From positions 8,507 to 72,506 of the forward strand of contig JBAZUI010000001.1 in NCBI GenBank assembly GCA_041661425.1: a stretch of 64,000 nucleotides of DNA, written 5' to 3'. The notes beneath the pieces are model-generated. The model made no database searches, was not told the origin of the DNA, and worked only from the letters and a program-made list of their open reading frames with translations. Positions 39,374 to 48,746 of the stretch are shown in pieces. The DNA comes from Patescibacteria group bacterium. GTDB lineage: Bacteria; Patescibacteriota; Patescibacteriia; UBA9934. The first letter of the stretch is position 1; every line of letters begins with the position of its first letter. Both the position numbers and the translations under genes were made by a program.

Positions 39374-41164
39374 ATGATCAGCGCTGATGAATTGAGAAAA
39401 AAGTACCTTGATTTTTTTGTTTCAAAGGGACATATCCAAATTCCTTCCGCTTCCTTGATTCCCGAGAATGATCCTTCGGTGTTGTTCACGACCGCTGGGA
39501 TGCATCCGTTGGTTCCGTATCTTTTAGGTGAGCCTCATCCCGCTGGCAAGCGTTTGGTAAATGTGCAGAAGTGTGTGCGCACCGGTGATATTGATGAAGT
39601 GGGTGATGCGACGCACTTGACCTTTTTTGAAATGCTCGGGAATTGGTCGCTTGGGGATTATTTCAAGGATGATTCGATTGCCTGGAGTTTTGAGTTTTTA
39701 ACATCCGCAGATTGGCTTGCGATCCCTGTCAATAAACTCGCGGTCAGTGTTTTTGCTGGCGATGACGATGCGCCATTCGATGAAGAGTCCATGAAAAAAT
39801 GGATGGAGCTCGGTATCCTCGAATCTCGCATTGCAAAGCTTGGGAAAGATGATAATTGGTGGCCGGCAGGCGGCAAACATCCAGGGCCTCAAGGGCCGGA
39901 TACGGAGATTTTTTATTGGACCGGAACAGAGGTGGCGCCGGAATCGTTTGACCCGAAAAATAAATTTTGGGTCGAAATTTGGAACAACGTCTTCATGCAG
40001 TTTTTAAAAGGAAAAGATGGTTCCCCTAAATCGCTCGATCAAAAGAATGTGGATACCGGGATGGGCCTTGAGCGCACACTCGCGGTTTTGAATGACGTCG
40101 CAACGGTATTTGAAACTGATCTTTTTATTTCGATTATTTCCGCCATTGAATCGGCAACCGGAGCGAAATACGGGAGCGATGCGGCTGTGACTCGATCAAT
40201 GAGGATCATTGCCGATCATGTTCGTTCAGCGGTCATGATGATCGCGGACGGCGTTGCGCCTTCGAATAAGGATCAGGGGTACATCCTTCGACGTCTGATT
40301 CGTCGGGCGATTTGTGAATCAACAAAGCTCGTAAAAGAGGGGATTGATCTTACAAAAATCGCTCATCCCGTGATTGCGATGTTTGAAGGTGTCTATCCAA
40401 TTCCCACGGCCGGGAATGTCATCAAGGCCATAAAAGATGAACAAGAAAAGTTTTCAAAGACCCTTCACAAGGGGCTGGGACAATTTGAAAAATTTTTCAA
40501 ACAAGGCGCCATTGGTGGAAAAGAAGCATTTGATTTGTATGCAACCTATGGATTTCCACTGGAGCTTACTGAGGACCTCGTGAAAGAACGCGGAGCAACC
40601 ATCGATCGCGAGGCGTTCGAACACGAGTTTGCGCATCACCAGGAGCTCTCCTCGCAAGGGTCGGAAAAGAAATTTAAAGGCGGTCTGGCAGATGCGAGCG
40701 AGGAAACAACACGATTGCATACAGCCACGCATTTGCTTCATCAGGCTCTCCGGATGGTGCTCGGGGATGGGGTGGCGCAAAAAGGATCGAATATTACGAC
40801 TGAACGTTTGCGTTTTGATTTTTCTCATGGCGAAAAGATGACACCGGAACAGATTACCGAGGTCGAACGTATCGTGAACGAACAAATCGAAAAAGCCATG
40901 CCGGTTATTTGCGAGACGATGTCGGTCGAGGAGGCGGAAAAATCCGGGGCCATTGGACTCTTCAAAGAAAAATATAAAACCGTTGGCGACCAGGTAAAGG
41001 TCTACAACGTCGGAAATTCTTCGACAAGCTCAGAGCCTCCTTTCAGTCGGGAAATCTGCGGCGGTCCTCATGCCTCGAATACGAAGGAGCTTGGACACTT
41101 TAAGATTTTGAAGGAAGAGGCGTCGTCCGCCGGGATTCGACGGATTAAGGCTATTTTAGAATAA
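39374..41164 (+). CDS. alaS: alanine--tRNA ligase (no C-Ala domain)
   Basis: LFTTAGM, H.TFFEMLGNWS.GDYFK, DTGMGLER, HTATH, EICGGPH, GIRRI. Confidence 0.98.
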   Translation: MISADELRKKYLDFFVSKGHIQIPSASLIPENDPSVLFTTAGMHPLVPYLLGEPHPAGKRLVNVQKCVRTGDIDEVGDATHLTFFEMLGNWSLGDYFKDDSIAWSFEFLTSADWLAIPVNKLAVSVFAGDDDAPFDEESMKKWMELGILESRIAKLGKDDNWWPAGGKHPGPQGPDTEIFYWTGTEVAPESFDPKNKFWVEIWNNVFMQFLKGKDGSPKSLDQKNVDTGMGLERTLAVLNDVATVFETDLFISIISAIESATGAKYGSDAAVTRSMRIIADHVRSAVMMIADGVAPSNKDQGYILRRLIRRAICESTKLVKEGIDLTKIAHPVIAMFEGVYPIPTAGNVIKAIKDEQEKFSKTLHKGLGQFEKFFKQGAIGGKEAFDLYATYGFPLELTEDLVKERGATIDREAFEHEFAHHQELSSQGSEKKFKGGLADASEETTRLHTATHLLHQALRMVLGDGVAQKGSNITTERLRFDFSHGEKMTPEQITEVERIVNEQIEKAMPVICETMSVEEAEKSGAIGLFKEKYKTVGDQVKVYNVGNSSTSSEPPFSREICGGPHASNTKELGHFKILKEEASSAGIRRIKAILE

Positions 41165-41165
41165 T

Positions 41166-41188
41166 GGGGTCAGGTCGGGAATCGGGAA
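41166..41188 (+). repeat. 23-bp direct repeat, copy 1
   Basis: GGGGTCAGGTCGGGAATCGGGAA, identical to 41833-41855. Confidence 0.92.
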
Positions 41189-41213
41189 TTTTTTTCGGCT
41201 GAACTAGCTTTTT

Positions 41214-41531
41214 ATGAAAATTAAATTCTTTAGTCGAGAGATCGAGGAGTTTATTATAAGACTGGAAAAGCCAACGATCGCAAAGGTCTTACGGAGCTTT
41301 GATCTACTCGAAAAATTTGGTAATCAAATCGGCATGCCTCATAGTAAGGCATTGAGTGATGGGCTGTTCGAATTGAGAATTCGCGGAGTTCAGGAAGTGA
41401 GATTCTTATACTTTTTTAAAAAGACAGAAATGATTGTGATTTTGAGCGGTTTTTTAAAAAAGACAAATTCGATGCCGGTTCGGGAAATGCGGTTGGCAAA
41501 GCAACGGAAAAAAGAGCTTGACGCGATATAA
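41214..41531 (+). CDS. RelE/HigB-like toxin (Gp49-like)
   Basis: LL..FG..IGMPH.K.L..GLFELR, R.LYF, GF.KKT. Confidence 0.88.
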   Translation: MKIKFFSREIEEFIIRLEKPTIAKVLRSFDLLEKFGNQIGMPHSKALSDGLFELRIRGVQEVRFLYFFKKTEMIVILSGFLKKTNSMPVREMRLAKQRKKELDAI

Positions 41532-41546
41532 CATATACGTTATATT
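41518..41546 (+). promoter_or_regulatory. internal antitoxin promoter with palindromic operator
   Basis: TTGACG-17-TATATT overlapping ATATAAC-N6-GTTATAT (41526-41545). Confidence 0.7.
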
Positions 41547-41554
41547 TGATGTGT

Positions 41555-41827
41555 ATGAAAGATTATCAAATTTTGAAAAAAGAATTATTGTCCGATACCG
41601 AAATTCGAAAGGCTTACGAGGCATTGGGACCGGAATATTCGATTATTGAGAAGTTAATCGAGAAACGATTAAAACAGGGGATGTCACAAAAGCAATTAGC
41701 AAAAATTCTCGGCACAAAACAGTCTGCCATTTCTCGCTTTGAATCCGGTTCTTACAATCCCACCATTTCATTTCTTTATAAAATCGCCGATGCGCTCGAT
41801 GTAAAATTGACGATGACGGTTAAATAA
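41555..41827 (+). CDS. XRE/HigA-like HTH antitoxin
   Basis: R...GMSQ.QLA...GTKQSAISRFESG..NPT. Confidence 0.9.
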   Translation: MKDYQILKKELLSDTEIRKAYEALGPEYSIIEKLIEKRLKQGMSQKQLAKILGTKQSAISRFESGSYNPTISFLYKIADALDVKLTMTVK

Positions 41828-41832
41828 AAAAC

Positions 41833-41855
41833 GGGGTCAGGTCGGGAATCGGGAA
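41833..41855 (+). repeat. 23-bp direct repeat, copy 2
   Basis: identical to 41166-41188. Confidence 0.92.
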
Positions 41856-41868
41856 CTAACCATGAACT

Positions 41869-42501
41869 ATGAACGTAAATATTGAAAAATTTCAGGAGGA
41901 CAGAGAGAAACAAAAAAGCCCGTTTTTTGAATTAGCGCGTAAGGCGTTTCTTGATGCTGGAGCTGAAGAGTATCTATCGCTTCAGGAGATGTATCGTCGA
42001 TGCCCGAGCGATCTTATTGTGCGTCGGGAAAAACCAGAACAAATACTGTCGGTTATTCAGAATGAAAAATCTTTTGAGTTGAGGCCAGATAATAAACTTG
42101 CAAAGTACGCAAATGCTGTTCTGTGGAGTCCTTCCGATGGTCCTCGAGGATTAGAGGATGCTTTTTTGGAGGGAATTTCGCATAAAGATGGAGTTGTTAC
42201 TGTTTTTGGATTTGAACCTCAAGAAGATGCGACGATTGATTATGTTCCGGATGCGACGGGTGGGGTTCTGAATGTTGATCGTTCGCTCGTGAGAAGCGTC
42301 TCAGCGACAGTGACACCCGAATCTGTGCGATTTATTGTTCTTCGAATCCCGATTCAACAGTATTCAGAAAAGGAAATGACCGATCTGGAGCTTGAACGTC
42401 TGGATCGTTACGAACGTTCAATATCGGCAAAACCAAATCCACAGTATATTTGTCGAGGGTATTTTTTCCCAGGAAAAGAAGAGAAGGAAATGGCTGCATA
42501 A
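41869..42501 (+). CDS. hypothetical protein
   Basis: 210 aa ORF starting 13 nt after the second direct repeat. Confidence 0.75.
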   Translation: MNVNIEKFQEDREKQKSPFFELARKAFLDAGAEEYLSLQEMYRRCPSDLIVRREKPEQILSVIQNEKSFELRPDNKLAKYANAVLWSPSDGPRGLEDAFLEGISHKDGVVTVFGFEPQEDATIDYVPDATGGVLNVDRSLVRSVSATVTPESVRFIVLRIPIQQYSEKEMTDLELERLDRYERSISAKPNPQYICRGYFFPGKEEKEMAA

Positions 42502-42512
42502 CAAAAGATCCC

Positions 42513-42797
42513 TCAGCACGTACGCCTTGGGACCTGTGATTCGCACTCGACGCATCTAATGGCGCCGGGCACGATCACGAGACGCTTGATGGGAATCTCT
42601 TCGCCACAATCGGCGCAGATTCCATATGAGCCTTCCTTGATTCTCGCGAGAGCCGCGAGAATATAGGGCACTGCGACCCTCTGTTTGAGGGCGAGGTGAA
42701 CCGGAGGACGGGCGCTGTGGGGCCATTCCTCCAGATACCTCCGAAGTTTTTCTCGGAGGATTTCTTTCTGCGATGCAAGAAAATCGCTCGAAAGCAT
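42513..42797 (-). CDS. TraR/DksA C4 zinc-finger protein (SD-led cassette gene)
   Basis: AL.RI..GSYGICADCGEEIP..RL...P...RCVEC; TTGACT(42853)-17-TATTAT, GGAGG before ATG 42797. Confidence 0.88.
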   Translation of the reverse strand: MLSSDFLASQKEILREKLRRYLEEWPHSARPPVHLALKQRVAVPYILAALARIKEGSYGICADCGEEIPIKRLVIVPGAIRCVECESQVPRRTC

Positions 42798-42887
42798 GGT
42801 TCCTCCAGGGAATATGGACCAAAAATAATAGCACTTTTTTGAGGAAAAGTCAATCATAGTATTGACAAAACCAATAAGATATTTGAG

Positions 42888-43235
42888 TTGGATGAATCTA
42901 TTATGATGCCAAATCATATCCATGGCATCCTTCAAATTATTGAATCCAAGATCAAAATCGATTCTGTACGGGCGGGTCTGCGACCCGCCCGCTCGGGGCT
43001 CATCGAATGCGCCGATAATGATCGGGCAGGTCACAGACCTGCCCGTACGGGAAAATATGCATTATCCGAGATTATTCGGGGATTCAAATCATATGCATCC
43101 AGAAAAATCAATATTCTATTTGATTCTCCCGGCGCTCCATTATGGCACCGTAATTATTATGATCACATCATCCGTTCTCCACAGGATCTCGACCGAATTC
43201 GCGCCTATATCCGTGATAATCCGAATCAGCAGTAA
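42888..43235 (+). pseudogene. 5'-truncated REP-associated tyrosine (Y1/HUH) transposase
   Basis: MPNHIHG HUH motif, IIRGFKS, LWHRNYYDHIIR, YI..NP; in-frame stop at 42840-42842 and no N-terminal region. Confidence 0.85.
42966..43048. repeat. inverted REP pair (REPIN-like) inside the transposase frame
   Basis: GTAC-GGGCGGGTC-TGC-GACCCGCCC ... GGGCAGGTC-ACA-GACCTGCCC-GTAC. Confidence 0.85.
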
Positions 43236-43346
43236 GGGCGGACAAGATTCCTTGACAGAAATAGCCCGATTTAGTAACATTCCGTCGCAACATTTTTCCT
43301 CTTGTTCTTGCCAATTTTACAAGCGTTTGCTATGATGCCAGCGCTT

Positions 43347-43562
43347 ATGGCAGAAAAACAGTTCATCGAAATGCGTGGCACGGTCGAGGAAGCTCTTCCG
43401 GGCGGACAATTTCGTGTGAAGCTCGAAAACGAGCAGGAAATCATTGCTCACCTTTCCGGTCGCTTGCGAAAATTTCATATTCGCATCCTCCCGGGAGATG
43501 AGGTCAAAGTGGAGATCAGCCCGTATGATCTCACAAAGGGTCGAATCACGTTCCGAAATTAG
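43347..43562 (+). CDS. infA: translation initiation factor IF-1
   Basis: G.V.EALP...F.V.LEN, SGR.R...IRILPGD.V.VE.SPYDL.KGRI. Confidence 0.97.
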   Translation: MAEKQFIEMRGTVEEALPGGQFRVKLENEQEIIAHLSGRLRKFHIRILPGDEVKVEISPYDLTKGRITFRN

Positions 43563-43629
43563 GACGGTATCTCGATTCTCAAAATCAATGTCATCCAATT
43601 AAGGGATGATATTGTCGTATGAGCACTCT

Positions 43630-43743
43630 ATGAAAGTTCGCGCATCAGTCAAAAAAATCTGTCGAGATTGCCACGTGGTTCGCCGCGAGGGCCGTCTTCA
43701 CTGTATTTGCAAAAATCCAAAACATAAACAGCGACAAGGCTAA
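43630..43743 (+). CDS. rpmJ: 50S ribosomal protein L36
   Basis: [37 protein letters not shown] (not in the ORF track). Confidence 0.97.
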   Translation: MKVRASVKKICRDCHVVRREGRLHCICKNPKHKQRQG

Positions 43744-43745
43744 CT

Positions 43746-44132
43746 ATGGCACGTATTGCAGGCGTCACACTCCCTTCAAATAAACGTACCGTGATTGCGC
43801 TCACGTACATTTATGGTATTGGGAATACCACGGCACAGAATATTATCAAGGAGGCCAAGGTCAGCGCAGAAGTCCGGGTGAAAGATTTAACTTCGGAGCA
43901 AGAAAATGCCATTCGTACGATTGTTGAAAAGCAACATCGTGTCGAGGGTGAACTTCGACGCACGGTTCTTTCAAACATCAAACGCATGAAAGAAATTGGA
44001 TGCTATCGCGGAACACGACATGCCAAGGGATTGCCTGTGCGTGGACAGCGAACAAAAACGAATTCTCGTTCCGTCCGTGGCAATGTCCGCAAGACGGCCG
44101 GTTCCGGACGTCGTATGGTCACGAAAACATAA
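43746..44132 (+). CDS. rpsM: 30S ribosomal protein S13
   Basis: [27 protein letters not shown]. Confidence 0.98.
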   Translation: MARIAGVTLPSNKRTVIALTYIYGIGNTTAQNIIKEAKVSAEVRVKDLTSEQENAIRTIVEKQHRVEGELRRTVLSNIKRMKEIGCYRGTRHAKGLPVRGQRTKTNSRSVRGNVRKTAGSGRRMVTKT

Positions 44133-44135
44133 GCT

Positions 44136-44633
44136 ATGACTCAAGAAGAAAAACAGGACGTCGTCGTTGAAACGCCAGTGGAGGCAACCGTTTCAGGCGA
44201 AGCGACCGCTCCAAAAACTGAAAAGAAAGAGGCGAAGAAAACGCAATATGTGCGTACAGCCAAGGGAAAGCGTCGCGCGGTGAAATCCGTGCCACGTGGT
44301 CGTGCGTATATTCATGCCTCTTTGAACAATACGATTATTACGATTACCGATCAGAATGGAAACGGTCTTGCTTGGGCGAGCGCTGGAAATTGCGGGTTTA
44401 CCGGTCCAAAAAAGGCGACTCCGTATGCCGCGAGTATCGTTGCAACCAAAGTTTGCGATAAAATTGAACCATTAGGGATGAAAGAAGTGCACGTCTATTC
44501 AACCGGGATCGGCTCGGGACGTGATTCTGCGATTCGAACTTTTAATACAAAAGGATTGAGCGTGCTTTCAATTAAGGAAATGACGCCAACTCCACATAAT
44601 GGATGCCGACCCCGTCGCGCACGCCGTGTCTAA
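44136..44633 (+). CDS. rpsK: 30S ribosomal protein S11 (N-terminal extension)
   Basis: NNTIITITD, KK.TPYAA, TP.PHNGCRP. Confidence 0.97.
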   Translation: MTQEEKQDVVVETPVEATVSGEATAPKTEKKEAKKTQYVRTAKGKRRAVKSVPRGRAYIHASLNNTIITITDQNGNGLAWASAGNCGFTGPKKATPYAASIVATKVCDKIEPLGMKEVHVYSTGIGSGRDSAIRTFNTKGLSVLSIKEMTPTPHNGCRPRRARRV

Positions 44634-44644
44634 CGGATATTGAT

Positions 44645-45283
44645 ATGGGAAAGACATTACAAAAAATGGGTCGCATGAGCCGACGCGAAGGCGCCGCGCT
44701 TTCGACAAGCGAAAAAACCCTCAAGGTGATGCAACGCCGTCCTTATGGTCCGGGCGTTCATGGTCCGGCGGCCGCGCGTGGTGGCATGGGTGGTGGTAGT
44801 CGCATGACCGCTTACGGAAAGCAATTGCGCGAAAAGCAAAAGGCAAAGCGCATTTACGGCATCATGGAAAAACAATTTCGTAATTATTACGAAAAAGCAA
44901 TTAGCATCAAAGGAAATACCGCGGAAATTCTTCCACGTTTTCTTGAAATGCGTTTGGACAATACGGTTTTCCGACTTGGGTTTGCGAAAACGCGTCCTCA
45001 AGCTCGTCAAATGGTTTCGCACTGTTTATTTATGGTCAATGGCAAAACCGTGAACATCCCGTCGTATCAGGTTCGTGTGAACGATGTGGTGGAAATTCGT
45101 GAAAATAAAAAAGCAAAAGCGGTTTTCAATGATCTTGAGGAACGCTTAAAACATCATACGGTTCCGGGATGGCTCTCACTCGATCTTGCAACCCGAAAGG
45201 GAAAGATTGTCAGCCATCCGGAAGGGGAGGACTTGAAGGAAGTGTATGATCCAAAGCTCGTTGTTGAATTCTATTCACGCTAA
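44645..45283 (+). CDS. rpsD: 30S ribosomal protein S4
   Basis: YG.QLREKQK, LE.RLDN.VFRLG, ARQ.V.H, VEFYSR. Confidence 0.98.
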   Translation: MGKTLQKMGRMSRREGAALSTSEKTLKVMQRRPYGPGVHGPAAARGGMGGGSRMTAYGKQLREKQKAKRIYGIMEKQFRNYYEKAISIKGNTAEILPRFLEMRLDNTVFRLGFAKTRPQARQMVSHCLFMVNGKTVNIPSYQVRVNDVVEIRENKKAKAVFNDLEERLKHHTVPGWLSLDLATRKGKIVSHPEGEDLKEVYDPKLVVEFYSR

Positions 45284-45291
45284 TATTTTAT

Positions 45292-46086
45292 ATGGAGAAC
45301 ATTCTTCTTCCTTCGAAGATGACCTTTGCCCAGGGCTCGACGCCAAACGAGTCGGTGTTGACGATAGAGCCATTGCACCATGGCTATGGAATGACCGTTG
45401 GCAATATGCTTCGACGCGTTCTCCTTTCCTCATTGGAAGGAGCCGCGGTTTTGCAAGTAAAAATCAAAGGGGTTCAGCATGAATTCTCAACCCTCGAAGG
45501 CGTGAAAGAGGATATCCTCGAGATTATTTTGAACCTCAAGCAACTTCGCATGAAGGTCCATAGCGCCGATCCGATTGTTTTGCATCTTGATGTGAGCAAT
45601 CGTGAAGGAGCGGTTACGGCCGCGGATATTGAAGGAAATGCGGATGTAGAAATCATCAACAGCGATTTAGCTCTTGCGACCATGACCGCAAAAACCGGTC
45701 GTTTGATCATGGATATTACGGTCGGCCGTGGCCGAGGCTATCTTCCAACCGAGGAACGTGATACCACGGGAAATGACATTGGAGTGATTGCCGTGGATTC
45801 GCTGTTCAGCCCAGTCCTCAATGTGGGAATCCGCATTGAAAATACGCGCGTTGGCGAAATCACCAACTACGATAAGCTCATCATGACGATTTTGACCGAT
45901 GGCACCACCACGCCTCAAGCGGCTGTCATGGATTCAGTAAAAATCATCTTGAATCACTTTAACTGGATTGATGGCCAACTTTCTCATGCTTCATTGACGG
46001 AGAAAATTTCAGCGGCCAAGGATGAAGAAGAAGCAATCGCAGAAGCTCACGTTCCGGAGGAATCTCAATCGGAGGATGAATCATAA
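45292..46086 (+). CDS. rpoA: RNA polymerase subunit alpha (NTD only)
   Basis: EPL..GYG.TVGN.LRRVLLSS, HEFS...GVKED, GRGY, D..FSPV, TRVG..T.YDKL. Confidence 0.97.
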   Translation: MENILLPSKMTFAQGSTPNESVLTIEPLHHGYGMTVGNMLRRVLLSSLEGAAVLQVKIKGVQHEFSTLEGVKEDILEIILNLKQLRMKVHSADPIVLHLDVSNREGAVTAADIEGNADVEIINSDLALATMTAKTGRLIMDITVGRGRGYLPTEERDTTGNDIGVIAVDSLFSPVLNVGIRIENTRVGEITNYDKLIMTILTDGTTTPQAAVMDSVKIILNHFNWIDGQLSHASLTEKISAAKDEEEAIAEAHVPEESQSEDES

Positions 46087-46088
46087 GT

Positions 46089-46439
46089 ATGCGCCATCGA
46101 AATGTTGTTAAAACCTTAAACCGTGTTTCCTCGAGTCGAAAAGCGCTTATGCGCGATCTCGCAACGAGCGTCATTGTGTATGAAAAAGTCACCATGACGG
46201 AAGCCAAAGGAAAAGCAGTTCGTCCAGAGGTCGAACACTTAATTACCATTGCAAAAAAAGGTGGTTTAACGGCTCGACGAACCTTGCTTTCGTATTTTTC
46301 GACTGAGCAGCCCGTCAATAAATTAATTGATGTGATTGCGCCACGATTGAAAGATCGTCAGGGCGGTTATACCCGTCTTACAAAACTTGGGCGACGTGCG
46401 GGGGATTGCGCGCCAACCGTTCAAATTGAAATCCTCTAG
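46089..46439 (+). CDS. rplQ: 50S ribosomal protein L17
   Basis: MRHR, R.AL.R.L, R.GGYTR..KLG.R.GD.A. Confidence 0.97.
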   Translation: MRHRNVVKTLNRVSSSRKALMRDLATSVIVYEKVTMTEAKGKAVRPEVEHLITIAKKGGLTARRTLLSYFSTEQPVNKLIDVIAPRLKDRQGGYTRLTKLGRRAGDCAPTVQIEIL

Positions 46440-46440
46440 T

Positions 46441-46788
46441 ATGTCACGAGAAATTTATCATGTTGATGCCTCAGGAAAAATCCTCGGCCGTTTGGCCACG
46501 GATATTGCTTTGCATTTGATGGGCAAGCATAAAACAACGTACGTGCCAAACATCGATGACGGCGATGAAATCGTTGTCGTAAATGTTTCTGGAATTAAAG
46601 TGACTGGAAAGAAGATCGAACAAAAAGAATATATTCGTCACACGCAATATCCAGGTGGAATTCGCCGCCGCACGCTCAAGGTCTTGATCAAGGAAGATCC
46701 TGCTGAAGTGTTGCGCTTGGCCGTTTCCCGCATGCTTCCAAAGAATAAACATCGCGCACCACGTTTGGCGCGACTCAAGATTTCATAG
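46441..46788 (+). CDS. rplM: 50S ribosomal protein L13
   Basis: DA.GK.LGRLA, GKHK..Y.P..D.GD, HTQYPGG, MLPKN. Confidence 0.97.
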   Translation: MSREIYHVDASGKILGRLATDIALHLMGKHKTTYVPNIDDGDEIVVVNVSGIKVTGKKIEQKEYIRHTQYPGGIRRRTLKVLIKEDPAEVLRLAVSRMLPKNKHRAPRLARLKIS

Positions 46789-46789
46789 T

Positions 46790-47191
46790 ATGGCAGAAAA
46801 GAAATATTATCAGGGGATTGGACGTCGAAAGACGGCGATTGCACATGTTCGCTTGTTTTTGGGCGGATCCGGCGTCGTGACCGTGAATGGAAAAAAGATG
46901 AACGAGTATTTTGGGGCCCATACGACCCTTCACAATACCATTTCACGACCACTTACCGAGGTTGGAAAAGCCTCAATTGCGGATGTGGAAGCGAAAGTGA
47001 TTGGTGGTGGGTTGCGTGGTCAGGCTGATGCTATTTCGCTTGGCATTGCTCGCGCCATCATTGCGTACGATGAAACCATCAAGAAATCCCTCAAAGATAA
47101 AGGATTACTCACGCGTGATGCTCGCAAGAAGGAGCGCAAGAAGTTCGGAAAGCGTGGCGCTCGTCGTTCAACTCAGTGGCGTAAGCGTTAA
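46790..47191 (+). CDS. rpsI: 30S ribosomal protein S9
   Basis: GRRKTA.A, GGG..GQA, LTRD.R.KERKK.G. Confidence 0.98.
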   Translation: MAEKKYYQGIGRRKTAIAHVRLFLGGSGVVTVNGKKMNEYFGAHTTLHNTISRPLTEVGKASIADVEAKVIGGGLRGQADAISLGIARAIIAYDETIKKSLKDKGLLTRDARKKERKKFGKRGARRSTQWRKR

Positions 47192-47218
47192 ACGGGCTTT
47201 GGCACAAGAGGAGAAAAG

Positions 47219-47242
47219 AAACCGCCAATTTGGCGGTTTTTC
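47219..47242 (+). terminator. intrinsic terminator of the ribosomal operon
   Basis: AAACCGCCAA-T-TTGGCGGTTTTT. Confidence 0.85.
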
Positions 47243-47282
47243 GTTTGCGAAGAAGCCCATTCTCCACTATGATAGACCTCGT

Positions 47283-48746
47283 ATGGGAGAACGTCCGCTC
47301 GCAAAAAATACCCTGTATTTTACCCTTGCATCGATTGCGCAAAAGGTGATTGCTTTGGGGTATTTTACCGTGATTTCCAACGTGATTGGGACCAGTCAGA
47401 ATGGCATGTATTTTTTGGCTTTGGGCATTGCTACGATTTTGGCGGTTTTTGAGGATATTGGGCTCACCTCGGTCGCTGTTCGCGAGGTTGCCAAACACCC
47501 GGAAGATGCCGGGCTTTGGACGCGGACCGTCCTTGGATGGAAATGCTTTTCAATTCCTCTTTCGATTGGTCTTGCCTTTTTGATTCCCGTGCTTTTTGGG
47601 TATACGCCCGAGCTCACGACCCTCGTCCACCTGGCGATTTTTGTGATGATTGCGGATACGTTTTCTCTTTCGCTTTATGGGATTCTTCGAGGATTACATA
47701 CGCTCCGATACGAGTCTTTGGGAATTTTTCTCGGACAGAGCATGACTGCGCTCACGGGTCTCGCCTTTGTCTATTTTCATGTTGTCTCGCTTCCATTGCT
47801 TTTTGTTGCGGTGATTGCGGGAAGCGTGTGGAATGTACTGTTCTCGCTCTATCATTTGGTCCATCGTCTTGGATGGGGCATTCTTCGACCGAGTTTTGAA
47901 CTTGGATGGACCCCGATTCGTCTGTCCTTTGCTTTTTTCCTTTCCGCGGTTTTTGTGAAGGTCTATTCGTATGCGGATAGTTTTATTCTCAATGAGATTC
48001 TTGGAGAGGCAAGCGTTGGTATTTATGCGGTTGCCTATAAGTTCACCTATGCGTTTCAATTTTTGCCTCTGGCCTTTATTGCCGCACTCTATCCGGCCAT
48101 GAGTGCGGAAGCACATGATAGGGTAGCCCTGAAAAAAACGTTTCTTGATTCGATGTGGTATATCGCTTTGATGGTGTTCCCGATCGTTGGGGGAATTTTC
48201 GCTCTTGCACCCGAGATCATTCGCCTATTTTTTAAGGAAGAATTTTGGAGCGCAGGGCTTCCGTTGCAGGTTCTTATTTTTGCACTGCTCTTCATTTTCC
48301 TTGATTATCCCATTGGTTCGCTTTTGAATGCGAGCGGACGTCAAAATACAAAAACCGCCATCATGGGCGTCACCATGGTTCTCAACATCGTTACCAATCT
48401 TATTTTTATTCCTCTTTACGGGATTTTTGGCGCTTGTTTTTCCGCATTGATTTCATTTGCATTCATGTTCTTCTCTGGTTGGATCGTTTCGCAAAATGTC
48501 CTTCGATTTAGCGTCTTCGAATTTCTTCGACGCACGTGGGGAATTATTCTCAGCGCCACCGTGATGGTAATGGTTGTTTTGGTGGTGAAATCATCGTGCT
48601 CGCTCTTTTTTATAATGCCATTAGGAGCCCTGGTCTATGGTTTTGGTCTTCTGTTGACGCGTACCATTACCGCAGACCACTATCAACGAATCCGTTCGAT
48701 ACTTACTCGCAAATCCTATGTCGAAGATCACCCTCTTCACGAATGA
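47283..48746 (+). CDS. Wzx-like polysaccharide flippase
   Basis: KN......A, D.GL.....RE, VGIYAVA; 12 or more TM segments; heads the GT cluster. Confidence 0.9.
   Translation: MGERPLAKNTLYFTLASIAQKVIALGYFTVISNVIGTSQNGMYFLALGIATILAVFEDIGLTSVAVREVAKHPEDAGLWTRTVLGWKCFSIPLSIGLAFLIPVLFGYTPELTTLVHLAIFVMIADTFSLSLYGILRGLHTLRYESLGIFLGQSMTALTGLAFVYFHVVSLPLLFVAVIAGSVWNVLFSLYHLVHRLGWGILRPSFELGWTPIRLSFAFFLSAVFVKVYSYADSFILNEILGEASVGIYAVAYKFTYAFQFLPLAFIAALYPAMSAEAHDRVALKKTFLDSMWYIALMVFPIVGGIFALAPEIIRLFFKEEFWSAGLPLQVLIFALLFIFLDYPIGSLLNASGRQNTKTAIMGVTMVLNIVTNLIFIPLYGIFGACFSALISFAFMFFSGWIVSQNVLRFSVFEFLRRTWGIILSATVMVMVVLVVKSSCSLFFIMPLGALVYGFGLLLTRTITADHYQRIRSILTRKSYVEDHPLHE

Noticed and set aside
42798-43034. 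N-terminal extension of the DksA-like ORF to 173 aa
   Set aside because: Promoter and SD support ATG 42797; the extension is antisense to the transposase remnant
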